A stretch of 64,000 nt of DNA from Chlorokybus atmophyticus (taxonomy: Eukaryota > Plantae > Mesostigma and Chlorokybus algae). Positions within the stretch are counted from its first letter, which is position 1. Each line of letters begins with the position of its first letter. Position numbers and translations under genes: made by a program. The stretch covers positions 617,229 to 681,228 of the forward strand of contig RHPI01002823.1 of the NCBI GenBank assembly GCA_009103225.1. The letters run 5' to 3'. Of this stretch, positions 1 through 11,830 are shown piece by piece. The notes beneath the pieces are model-generated. The model had not been told where the DNA came from. It did no database searches and was given only the letters and a program-made list of their open reading frames with translations.

Positions 1-199
1 TTGCGTGCTCAGCAGCAATCTGACACCAGTAGCAGCAATAGCATGCAAGAGGCGGAGGAGGGCAAATTTAAGTAGCAGCAACAGCTGGGATAGAACTAGA
101 GGAGATCATTGCGTCAACAAGCATGCAGTGATCGGTTGGGTAACAAGAGGAAGTAAATATAAAGGGTTAGGGTAAGGGCGGTGTGACAACAACATCAAC

Positions 200-2819
200 A
201 TGTTGGCGTTTCGGGAGCCGAGTCTGGGCACGACGCGGCCGCTGCGCTTTGAAGACGTGTACGTGTCTGCGGAGCCGCTGATCCTGGAGAACCTGCGCCA
301 GCTGACTTCCTACCGCCAGGCCAGTAAGGATGTCTTGCATTATATGAGCTGTGTTTGTGTATGTGTTTGTGGCTGGTCTTGTCTGCGGGCATGCGTGTGC
401 AAGACTAAGCATGTACGTATTTACACAAGCGTATGTGCGCATTCAGAGCCACACACACACATGCATGCATGCATGCATGCCCATACGTGCAGACACGCGC
501 CCGTGCATGTCTGCGCGTGTACACGCACAACCGTCTCTGCATGCACCCACGTGCGCATGCGCCCTTGCAAATGTACACGCTAGCACACACATGCGCATGG
601 CGGATAAGCGTGTTGACAGTGCATACACTAACCCGGGTTTGCTGCACAATCCGCGACCAACCATGCATGAGTTTAACCATTCAGGCCGCACTCTCTGCAC
701 CACCCGGAGCCCGTCCGCCAGCAGAAGTGGCCGCAGATCTAGAGAAGTACTTGGGAGTAAGCACGCTTCACTTTCGTCTATTGTGATTTGACACAAGCGC
801 GCATGCATTGTGTGAAGCATGTGTGGTTGACCTGACCCTTGTGTGGGCAGATGTTGGAGAACCTGGTGGCGAAGCTGGCGCAATCTGGCGGAGGCGCACT
901 GGAGATCAAGCAGAAGCTCTCGGTCACGTGGTCGTCGCCGTTGGGTGGCAGGTACGTGTGCACACATACGTGTGGGTGTTTGAGTATGTGTACGTATGTG
1001 TACGTGTGTATCTGTGTGTGTGTGCATGCGTGTGCATGTGAATGTGTCAATGCGTACGTGTGCATATGTGTGCGCCTGTGCGTGTGTAACGTGCGTGTCT
1101 GCATGTGGGCGTGTGCGTATGTGTGCATGTAAGGATTCACGTGCCCTTATGTACACACAGTGGAAACTCACTTACAAGGATGCCTCTGAAATGATTTGCC
1201 AACACTATCATGTTCACGCTCGCAGCAGCAGTAGCAAGCAATTTGCGCACGCGACGGACCACCTGCACAACATACGGTTCGAGCAAGCGATGTCAATGAA
1301 CCACTTTGCCGCCGTCTTGCGTGAGGTTGGCAGCGCAGCCCTGCACGGTAATCACATCATGTCACTGAGTTGTGCAACAACAAGTCTCTGATTGGTTGGT
1401 TGATTGGTTAGTTTGGCTCCAGCGCGCATGCACGCAAACAACTAACCAATTGCTTTGTTGATGAGAGCGGTTGTGGTCAATGCTGCCGTCCTGGCAATTG
1501 TGCATGTATCACTCTTAGCAAAGCTTACGGCAATTAGCGCGGGTACGCTTGCGCATGCGCATGTGTGGTGTGCGGGCGCACACACACACGCACATACGCA
1601 TGCACGCGCTCATATCGCACACGCGCACACACTCACAGACATACATGCATTCACAAACGTTCACATACATACACACGCTCACACGTACACGTGCGCGCGC
1701 ACACATACACGCGCAAACACGTTCATATCTGCAGCTGGCGACTTGGTGTCCGCGGCGCGTCACTACCGTCGGTCTGCGGGCGTGTACGAGCGCCTCCACC
1801 TGGACGTGCTGCCGCCGCTGCAGCAGGGGCTCAGCAGCGAGCGTCCCGCCGAGGTGATGCCCTCCATGGCGGACGCGCTCAAGCAGATGACGCTCGGGGA
1901 GGGGCAGGTGAATGATGGGTTGGCTTTTGCTTTGTCGCTGGGTTGGGTTGAGTTGGGTTGTTGTGTGTGAAAGGTGTATACTGAGTTGGGCGATGCATAC
2001 ACGCGCGCGCAACATGTATGCGAAATTGGCGTGCGTGCACATGGACTGCTTGCGAGCTGCGGCGTTCCCACATGCTGTCTGCTTATATAGCACTTTCCTC
2101 AGGCCGTTGCTGCGCGCGGGTCAGAAACAAAGGTGTCTGCAGGGTTGCGCGCGAAGCTGCTCGCTGCAGCCGCGGCTTTCTTCGCCAATGCGGCCGCTAT
2201 CCTGCAGGACCACGCCGCCGACTTTACGCGCGTGACACCCAAATTCAAGGTACACATCACTTGCGTGTGTGTGCATGTAACGACATCGTCAACACAGATG
2301 GCCTCCCATTGCAGGTGTATTTACATCTAGCAGAGAGGCTCAACGTGGCACGGGCTTATAGAGCGCTCGCTGCCGACGCGCGGGCCAACGAGCAGGCGGG
2401 ACTCGGCATCGCGTGCTTGAGACATGCGCGGGACATATTGAAGGCAGGCTTCAACCAGGCAGGTGAGTGAGCGAGTGAGTGTGTGCTCAAGTGTGCATAA
2501 CCGTGAGTGCAACCGGGCATGTGTGCGTGTGCGCGTGCGTGTGTATGTGCGTGCTTTTGTATTGTGCTATGCTTGTGGGCATTACAGGCAACAACTGTAA
2601 TATAGTTTGTGTGCATCAGATGACGAAAGAGACTGGGCGCTGGTGTGGGTTCAGGAGCAGTCTTCCGTTGCGTTTGAGCTGGAGAAGCTGGAGAAGGAGA
2701 ACCAGCTGGTGTACTACCAGGCTGTCGCGCGCGAGCTGCCTCAAGTGGAGAGGAAACCTATCGTTGTGCCGCTGCCGTACGATGTACCCGTGCTGCAGCA
2801 CAACCTGTTTATTCTTTAA
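200..2819 (+). CDS. BRO1-like domain protein (plant At5g14020/BROX-like), multi-exon
   Basis: Spliced reading MLAFREPSLGTTRPLRFEDVY...AADLEKYLGMLENL...HLHNIRFEQAM...GDLVSAARHYRRSAGVY...KLEKENQLVYYQ...HNLFIL*. Approximate exons 200-319, 685-756, 851-951, ~1226-1324, ~1733-1907, ~2141-2249, ~2315-2463, 2620-2819. Family assigned from recalled motifs. Confidence 0.8.
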
Positions 2820-3220
2820 CGCGCGCACGATCGCTGCAAACCGCATGTGTAGAGCAGATGTTGCTTGTGGATGCGGTGCTTCTGTGGTTTGTGCAAGTGC
2901 TTCTGTGGTTTGTGACTCCTTTATCTGGCTGGCTATCTCGGTGTCGGTACAAACCTGCCAAGTTGAGCGAATTGTTTTACTCTGCACATATCAGACGTCA
3001 TTTTTTGGTGGCTGTGCATAACTAGTTGAAGAGCTGCATGAAGCAGGCATAAGAATCGTTGTCGGTACACGCCTGCTTGTATGTTGCGAGAATCTTACTG
3101 CGCGCGCATATCAAACATCATGAGTTAGTATGCCTATACATAATTAATTCAAGACTCGCATAAAGCGCGCTCAAAACTCGTAGTTCGTACACGACTACTC
3201 CAAACATATCCCACATTACT

Positions 3221-3434
3221 CGTGTTTCTCAGCACAGCCGTGTGGCCAGCAACAAATTCGAGCTCCCATGTTAACTTGTCGAATCTCACATTGTTTTGAG
3301 AAAATTTGCGTGATGCTATTAGAAACCGTGTTTCTCAGCACGGCCGTGTGGTCCAGCAACAAATTCGTGCTCCCATGTTAACTTGTCGAATCTCACATAG
3401 TTTTGGGAACTTTTGCGTGATGCTATTTAGAAAC
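3221..3434. repeat. Tandem duplication, two copies of ~107 bp
   Basis: cgtgtttctcagcac...gcgtgatgctattagaaac begins at 3221 and again at 3327, with a few substitutions and indels. Confidence 0.9.
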
Positions 3435-4747
3435 CATCAAACCACAACAAAACACGCAGCACTTGCATGAAGCGCAAGTATGTTGGTCATTACTCAGACG
3501 ACGACTTGGTACCTTTACAGAGTTCCAATCAATGAGAAAGCCATTAGCAAAGCTCACTTTCAATTGCATGTGACGCACCATCCCGCAACTAGGGTTGGAG
3601 ACCATGTTTTAGATAACATTTCTAAGCAAGTTTTGAGGTGCAGATCGGTTGCATTGCAATGCGCACAAGTGCCGCCACTGCGGAAGCGGTAGCGAGTTGC
3701 ATGCGCTACTCAGAGTTCACCTAGTGCAGCTGCACCGACCTTATACACCGACCTGGTACGCTGATAACATCGCCGATGTGGCCTTATTCTGACATATTCA
3801 GTGGTTGTGAAGATTTATGGACTTTGTTGCGCCCATCACAGTACAGTCACATGCAAATTTGAGTAAAACTCTTCATACAAAATCAACCGTGCACCAACCC
3901 CAAAGCACACTACGTTTCAAGCCATCAAAGCCATGCAACTCTAACAGTCTGTTGCAGAGACAGCCAACGTGTGAAGTTGGACAGCAGTGCACACGTATTT
4001 TTGGACAGGACGGCTGTCTTATTGCAAGTCTGAAGTTGTTCAACCAGCAACAGGAGATTTCCTGTCTGTCACCCTATCTACCTAACCTACATGACGGATA
4101 TGTACACGGTTGCTTACTACACATGAATGTCACTGCATCAGTGGTAAACACCACTGAAGCAGTTTTGGAGTAACAGCACGTCGGCTGTCTACGTCGCAGC
4201 AGTTTATGTACACGCGAGCGCTGAGTGTTGATCGTCGTTAGGCAGCAACGGACTCCCCAACATTGCTGGCAGACACAGCGGTACTTGAAGGAGGTGACGA
4301 TGGTTTGCTTGGCGGCGACCGTGGGCTTGCTCTGCTCCCTTTGTTGTCGCCCCAATGCAGTGCTTCCGTTGTAAACTCGGTCAACTCATTGGTCAGACCC
4401 TGTGTGCAAAAGAACAGACACGAGTTAGCTCATGCATGTGAGAAAGCCAGCTGTGTGTGGTTGGCATGCTGAATGCATACATGCAAGCCATGCATGCATG
4501 CTGTGCATGATCGCATGTGCTCCCATCCCGTACATGCAAAGCTCAAGACACAAGCATAACTCGTGTAGTACAGGATTTTTCCTTCAACACACTAATGCTC
4601 TGGCACTTATGCTCTAGCACATGACAGGTGCAAAGGAGGGTTGTAACTGATTTTTCTAGAAACTGCGCCCTGCTGTCCTCTGCTTGCGTCAGTCCAGAGT
4701 CAACGACATCCACTTAATTGCATGAAGGTGGCACAAAACATGCAGCG

Positions 4748-5288
4748 TTAGCAGTCTTTTAATACCACCACCCGAATGCAAGACTGATCACTGTAGGAGG
4801 TGCAGCTTGGAGTTGCAATCACGTGGGCCATTTGCGCGTTGCTCAAAGGCAGCACAAGGTACGGCCAACCGCGATTTGACGCTGTCAGTGACAACGCATA
4901 ATCTGAGGGCGCAACTCGCACCAAACAAAGCACCTCAGCTGGCACCTTTTCGGTAATTGTAACTGTGCGTTTGTTTCTGAACTTACTTCTAATGCGCCAC
5001 CCTTATACCAACAGCATGAGTACAAGACGAAACAAACTACCCAAACGAAAAGATGGCAATCAAGACCTTCATCGAGCCAACGTCCCGGATAGCAACCTGT
5101 ACCTGAATGTGCTTGCTGATGTGGTCAAAGAAATTCGGCGACGGTGGCGACAGCTGTTCACAGGACAGGTGCACGGGGCGGCGCTTTGCAGCCTCCACCT
5201 CCAGCCTCATGCGCCGGTCATCCCCATGGTGGAGATCTCTGGCGCTTTTGTTCAGCCGGGCAGGCACAAACCGAGCGCGGCTGTCCAT
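4748..5288 (-). other. Possible exons of an unidentified minus-strand gene
   Basis: MDSRARFVPARLNKSARDLHHGDDRRMRLEVEAAKRRPVHL...KHIQ is followed by a GT donor, and there is an open frame at 4748-4945. Splice phases could not be reconciled and no family was recognised. Confidence 0.25.
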
Positions 5289-6838
5289 CCCGCAGCAACA
5301 AGCTCCACTCACAACAGCTCGCCACGCTCAATTGCAGCCACCAATATCAATCAGGACAAGCGCCTTAGACACCGCCTCCTGAACACCGCCGATAACGCCA
5401 CCAACGCCGCCGCCACCTCCTACACCACCGCCTTTCCTGCGCCGAAACGCCGGTGACAAATGTCAACCGTCAGTGCAGGCTTGCGCATTGCTGCCAGCTA
5501 GGCGCCAACCGCAGCCGGGCGGCGGTGTGAAAGGCGCCGACCGTCGGTGGCTACGACACCACGTCGGTTGACGGCGGCGGTAATCTCTGCTGGCCTGGCA
5601 GATGGACGCGCACTGCGCCTTAGGACAGCCTCGCCGCAGCCGGGCATTCGAGAGCATCCGCTTATCGAAAAAGTCAGCAGGGCTCTGACGTCATGATTCA
5701 TGAGTCATGAATAACTGATAATCTACCACACTGTTGCTGTGGAGACAAGCAATCATCAAGGGCTAAAAATCGCTTTTGCATTAGAACTATTGATGCATAA
5801 GCGACTTTTTACTTGAGGTTTAAGTTTACATGCCGCTAACTCGCACAGCTGGCCCCCGGTTTGGGACCACAAAGCTGGGTGACTGGGTGAGCCAAAGTTT
5901 GAGTGCACTTAAAGGTAAACATTTAAGCGTAAAGTTTTGTGCGCATGGTGCAAGCTGGGGTTGCGATAAAAGGTGATTTTTAGCAGGAGGGCCCCACGAA
6001 CGAAACCTTTCGGGTCACTTTTTGCGGGTACTGGTCCCTAATTGACGGACCCGTACCTGAATAAAAAGCGCAGATTGGGCAGCGGATGAGATTCTTTTCC
6101 CGGTCAGATGCTTGTGCGCGATATCGCGCTTTTTGCTTGTGTCGGTTGGAGTGGAGTGGATAGCGCTGCAACAACACACATTCTTTCCCGCCGCCGCCGC
6201 CGTGGGCGCGAGCTGGTCGACGGCGGAGTTGGCGTTGTCGCTGGCGCGGTGAGTGGGGAGCTGGGCTGAGCTGGTAGAGGCTGCTCAGCTTGACCGGCGG
6301 ATTAGGGCTTAAAGGTGTTGGAGTGGAGTGTGCGAAGGTGACAGCCAGTGCTTGTATGGGCTGGGGTGGGCTGCTCGGGTGGTTTTCTTGCTTGCTTTCT
6401 GCCGTGTTTTTGGACTTTTCACCTGCGCAGCGTATCTTGCTGCGCACTTGTAGCCTGTGAAGCGTGCATTCCATGCCGCGCTAGGTTAGGCTAGCTGCTT
6501 GACTGCTTGTCGTTGCATGCGTTGACATATTAGCAAGAGAGATGCCTCCTCTCCATGTAGGCATGCATGCTGAACAGACATCGCCTGGAACTGGGTTGTT
6601 GCATTGCGCAGCAAGGCGTGGCTTGTTGCGCAGCCGCTGTCGTGTGCAGATTTGCTGCTCATCCACAGGTCACTGGTGTCGCACCAGGTTTCAAAACTCT
6701 TGTACTCCCCCGATCAATGCACTCCAGCTGCTGTTGCAGAGCGCAGTAACGTTTGACAGAAAAAGCAAGCGCTTGTAAAGCTTTGTCGCAAACTCTTGTT
6801 GTGTTGGCAGGCTTTAGTGCGAGGCGCACACTTCAGCA

Positions 6839-9800
6839 ATGGCGGCGCTGCGCGCTGCCGCCGCCGCAGTCCCCATCACATCATGGTTGAGCACAGGACC
6901 GACACTGCTACCCAAACCACGCAGCAGGCAGTCCAGCCAGTTGGCAGCATTGCACACGAACAAAGCACCATACAAAGCACCAAAGAGCAAGCAGCATGCA
7001 ACGACACGTGCAGCGGTATCAGTTGAATCACCTCCCTCGCATGTCGACCACAGCCGCGTGTTCACTGTTGAAGAAGAAGCGTCTCCCGACACTTCATCGG
7101 CGCACAAGCAAGCTGTTGCCATATATGACACCACTTTGCGGGATGGGGCACAGATGGTAGGAGTTGCTTGTGTGTAGCTGCGCTTGTGCATGTGCGTCAG
7201 CATTGGTTGTTTAGGTCACGCTTGCAGCCTTGCACGATAACATACACGTTGCATGCATCAACAAAATTTGTGAGTTTGGGAGTGGTTGTTGATGGAATGG
7301 GCCTTATCAAAATTAACCTTAACTTCAATGGTACACTGATAGGTTGGGATATCGTTGACGGTAGCTGACAAGTTGAAGATAGCACAAGCCTTGAGCGCGC
7401 TTGGGGTTGCGTATATTGAGGGCGGCTGGTGAGTACTATAAATGGCATTGCCTTTGATCGCATAGTGCACTGGCATGCCGCTGGCTGATGCTCAACATTA
7501 AATGGTTGTGTATTGTAATCAGGCCAGGCTCCAATCCGAAGGATGCTGAGTTTTTCCGGAGGTGGCAAGAGGTAAGCAATCGTATGACTCACTTAGTTTG
7601 ATTAGATGATTAGTCAGTGTTATATATGGCTCATTTGTTACTGACATAACACGTATGCAACAGCGTGGTCATGAAGGCCCACGTCTTGCGGCATTTGGGT
7701 CCACCCGACGCAAGGTGGGTTAACACTAGGTGAACACACGGCAGTGCACGCAAGAAATGTGCATAGCGGCCTGTCATCGCGGATCCACAGAACAGTTTTC
7801 ATCATGCTCCAACTTCTATGTGCAGTTGCAAGCAATAAGACTTGCTTGTAACTTGCGGTTGGCATACAGAACACCACATGCATGGAAGACCCTCAAGTTC
7901 AGGCACTCATCGACAGCAAAGCACCCGTTATCACACTTGTTGCCAAAGCGGTAAGTGGGATTGACATCACTCGTATGCCTGCATGTCGCTTAGTGCTTTA
8001 CCTAACAACACTTGCATGCTGATGCTCTTTGCGTGCGACGTCTCAGTGGGATGCGCAAGTCATCAGAGTCCTTGGCACGACGCTAAAGGAGAACCTTGCC
8101 ATGGTGACTGAGACAGTCCAGCACTGCTGCAGCCACGGGCGTGAAGTGATGCTTGATGCTGAGCACTTCTTTGATGGGTACGCATCACATATGTTGGTAG
8201 TCGAGCACAGCCATGTGCACCTGGTCACAGTCAGCATTGGTGGTCATGCTGACGTATTGACGTGCGTGCTGCAGGTATAAAGCAAACCCACATTATGCCA
8301 TGGAGGTTATGCGTGTTGCTGCGGAGGCGGGAGCGAGCACGTTGGTGTTGTGTGACACAAATGGTGGTTCAATGCCTTGGGAGGTAGATCTTGAGCACAA
8401 CACATTCCACGCAATCATTGCATGAGATGTGTTGCAACTCATCTGCATCAACGCATGCATACAGGTTGAGGATGCGGTGCGCGCGGTGTGTGGAAGTTTA
8501 CCACATGTGCGTGTGGGGATACACACGCACAACGACTGCGGGCTTGCTGTGGCCACGAGCATCGCCGCCGTGCGCGGGGGCGCGTCTCTCGTGCAGGGCT
8601 GCGTGAACGGCTATGGCGAGCGCACCGGCAACGCCAACATTATTAGCGTAATCGGCATACTCCAGCTCAAGATGGGCTACTTTTGTGTGCCGGATGAGAC
8701 CATGCCCAGGCTGTTGGAGCTGTCATCAGAAGTTGCATTGATCGCTGGGGTCGGGGGAGTACCCGCCAACCAGGTTGGCTTGCTGTAATCAGCGTTGCAC
8801 AGATTGTCGTACTTGTTACTGGTTTAGTCTTTAGGTGGCTTGTGCTGTACTTGTTGTGCAAATAACAAATACACTGTTGCTTGCAGAACATGTTGTACAT
8901 GCTGGTTGAGCAACAGTTATGCTGGTGCACTTATTGTTGCACATGTTGTCATCATGTGCAATAACAATCACAGCAACACATACACTTGCATTATGTGTGG
9001 TTGTGGTCAGCAATTCTTCTGTCTGTTGTCACAGCCGTTTGTGGGGAGTAGTGCCTTTGCGCACAAAGGCGGTTTGCACGTGGCAGCTCTGCGTAAGATG
9101 CCTGAGAGTTACAACCACATCGACCCGGCGCTGGTCGGCAACCGCATGAAGTCAGTTGTGAGCGAGCTTAGCGGCCGAGGCAACGTCCTCGATCGCGCCG
9201 AAGCCGCGGGGTTGGAACTTAGCCAAGGCGCTGCTGGAAATGTGCTGACACGCATCAAGCAGCTTGAAAGCCAGGCAAGTGACAGAAAGTGTGCGTGCGT
9301 GTGTGCGTGTGCGCCTGTGTGTGCGCGCATTGAAAGCCTGGCAAATGTGCATGCAGATGTGCTAGCAGATGTGCACGCTTGCTTGTATGCACTGCTTGTG
9401 ACCCCTTTTTGATGAGTGATGGCTGTTATCTGCAGGGTTGTGCATTTGAGCATGCTGGTGCTTCGGTAGAGATGATCATTGTCCGAAGAGGACCCGACTA
9501 CAAGCGACCTTTCACGGTGCTAGAGTACTCTGTCATCAGCAGCAACCGTGGATCGGAAGGCATCGGCGATGAGTGCGACCATCACGACAGCCACAACATC
9601 TGCGTCAATCAGGTAAGAGTCGAGTGACAAGGACACACGCTATGTAGTTGCATGCAAGCAGTCTTCCTGATGTATGGTCATCACTATAACACTACTGGCA
9701 TCACAGGCCATAGTCAAGCTGGACATCCCTGGAGTCACAACGCAACAGCCTATGAGTGCAGCTGAAGGCAACGGACCGGTTGATGCCTTGAGCACTGCGT

Positions 9801-10341
9801 TGCGATCAGCATTGCAAGTAAGTCACCATACGTGCACCACCCATCTTGTCTGACACGACCACCTCAGTATGCATTCTTCTGATATGCCCGCACACAGGTG
9901 TTGCATCAGTGGTTCACAGTGAAGCATGTCTTTACAGACACGTCTGCGTGTGAGTGCACACGTGTGTATGCATGTGTGTGCGCGCATGGGTAAAATACAT
10001 GCATGCACATATGCAAGCATACCCGAGCATCGTGTGTTGATATATACCAGTTATACTGAGGTTAGCAGCTGAGCTGTTTCTGTCGCTGCCGTCCACAGGT
10101 TGTGTACCCCCAGCTTCAGCGTGTGGCGCTGAAGGACTACACGGTGCGTTTGCTGGAGTCCGATGGTTCGGGCGCAACAACACGTGTGACGATTGACTTT
10201 GCGGACGAGTCGGGTAGCACGTGGAGCACGGTTGGAGCGCACACGAGCATTGTTGAGGCCAGCTTCCGCGCACTCATGGACGGACTCGAGTTTGGAATCA
10301 TCAACTGCTCAAGCGAAGGATGCACCGTGCCGTACCGTTGA
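6839..10341 (+). CDS. cimA: Citramalate synthase (bacterial CimA/LeuA-like) with putative plastid transit peptide; 12 exons
   Basis: Motifs [109 protein letters not shown] and WSTVG all join in frame across GT-AG introns and one GC-AG intron. The first ~95 aa are Ala/Ser/Gln-rich. Confidence 0.9.
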
Positions 10342-10949
10342 GCGGTGCTGTTTAGTCCTTCATGGCACAGGCTTGGGTGTGTGGTTTGTGGGTATATATG
10401 CAGTAAAGTTTTGGTAGTTGGCACATAGCAGCACGTCACAAACACAGATACCCTATCTTTAAGCACAGGGTGTAGCAGCGTGCGGGCGGGTAGCAGCTGA
10501 TCCACTTGCTTCTGTGCGTTGACGTCGATGTCGTCGTCTCAACCTCGGCGTCGACAGCACCCACCAGTGTTGACAATCAAGCAGTGCTGGGCGAACAGGC
10601 AGATTGTCTTGTGAATGACTGATGGGTTTGCTGCTGGTAACAGATGTTGCGCGGGCCCCCATAGCGTTTTGTGGTGTGCTGTCATCGTGTGACTCGTGAC
10701 GCCTCAGGGACTGCGGCAGTGATGCGGAGAACCGGTCTAACTCACCCTTAAGAGATCTTATGAGGGTGAGTTGGTCTACACCAAGGACTAAGGCGAAATC
10801 TGCAAATTAACAATGCAAATCTAAACCAAATCTGCGAGGGGGTGTTATGCAATGATTATTTTGCCTCACGCCTCACAAGGCAAAGGGGAAACTTGCTGGC
10901 AATATTGTAATTATGTTCTAATTGAACCTGTGGGCCTGTCATCTACAAA

Positions 10950-11560
10950 AGAACGACAAGAAGACGAAGAAGAATATAATTTTATAAGGCTTAAGAATGA
11001 AGCCACATTTTCATGAATTGCGGTGGCGGATATGCCAATGATGGCACTTGGGGCAAACCACGCGGAAAAAGCATTGCAGCCGTGCATTGTGGTGGTAGAG
11101 ATGTTATTGTTCGCACCTTTTGGCAGACCTCGTGGAGAGGCTTTGAGGACGTTCATTGCGCTGACGGAGATGCTAGCATTAACACTTGTGGTAGTCCATG
11201 AGGGAGGAGCGGTGAAGCTGCACGGTGGTGGTCATGTAAGTGTTGTTCGTATGACGGATTTTAATGTCAAGCATTGATGCCGTGTATTGCGAGGTGGCGG
11301 ATGTCGGGAGATGTCGATGGTAAACAATGCTACCGACCTTCCGCGAGCAATATTGATGCGTGCATTAGGCATGGTGATAGTTCTGCATGTAGCTCGGGTG
11401 AGCTACAGTGTTGAGGGAGAGGACGCGATAGATCAAGCGGTTGTGAACATCTACCAGGCTTGGGGAACATGGTGAAAAGAGTTTGTAAATGAGCAACCAC
11501 CAGACCTACACAAGTTGTGGTGCTGAACAAATGGGAGCAGTCAACGTGGGGAGGACTACA
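10950..11560 (-). pseudogene. Highly decayed Penelope-like (Naiad/Chlamys-type) reverse transcriptase fragment
   Basis: Minus frame reads ...PICSAPQLV*...RLIYRVLSLNT...SMLDIKIRH...MTTTV. Order and spacing resemble PLE RT CAPxLA / RYIDDxLSxN / FLDxxI, but the catalytic DD is absent and stops are present. Confidence 0.4.
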
Positions 11561-11830
11561 CTCGACTCGGGAAGGGGAACATTGTGCGATAGCATGAAGA
11601 AAATGAACATCTATTCCCGCAATCACGTGTCCTGCGAGTCACACCAGGGCATCAACCCCTTTATTAATCACAACCATTTCCTTGCGTAAGACCCGTGGCT
11701 TTTAGTGAGAAGTTCTCACACATTGTTGCACCGAGCTAAAAAAGCCCCCTGAAACAACCCAAACAGCCGACCAAATGTGGCACTTCAGCCTTCCGAACTA
11801 CAGTGAATCTGTGTGTGCATGTGGTTCAGC

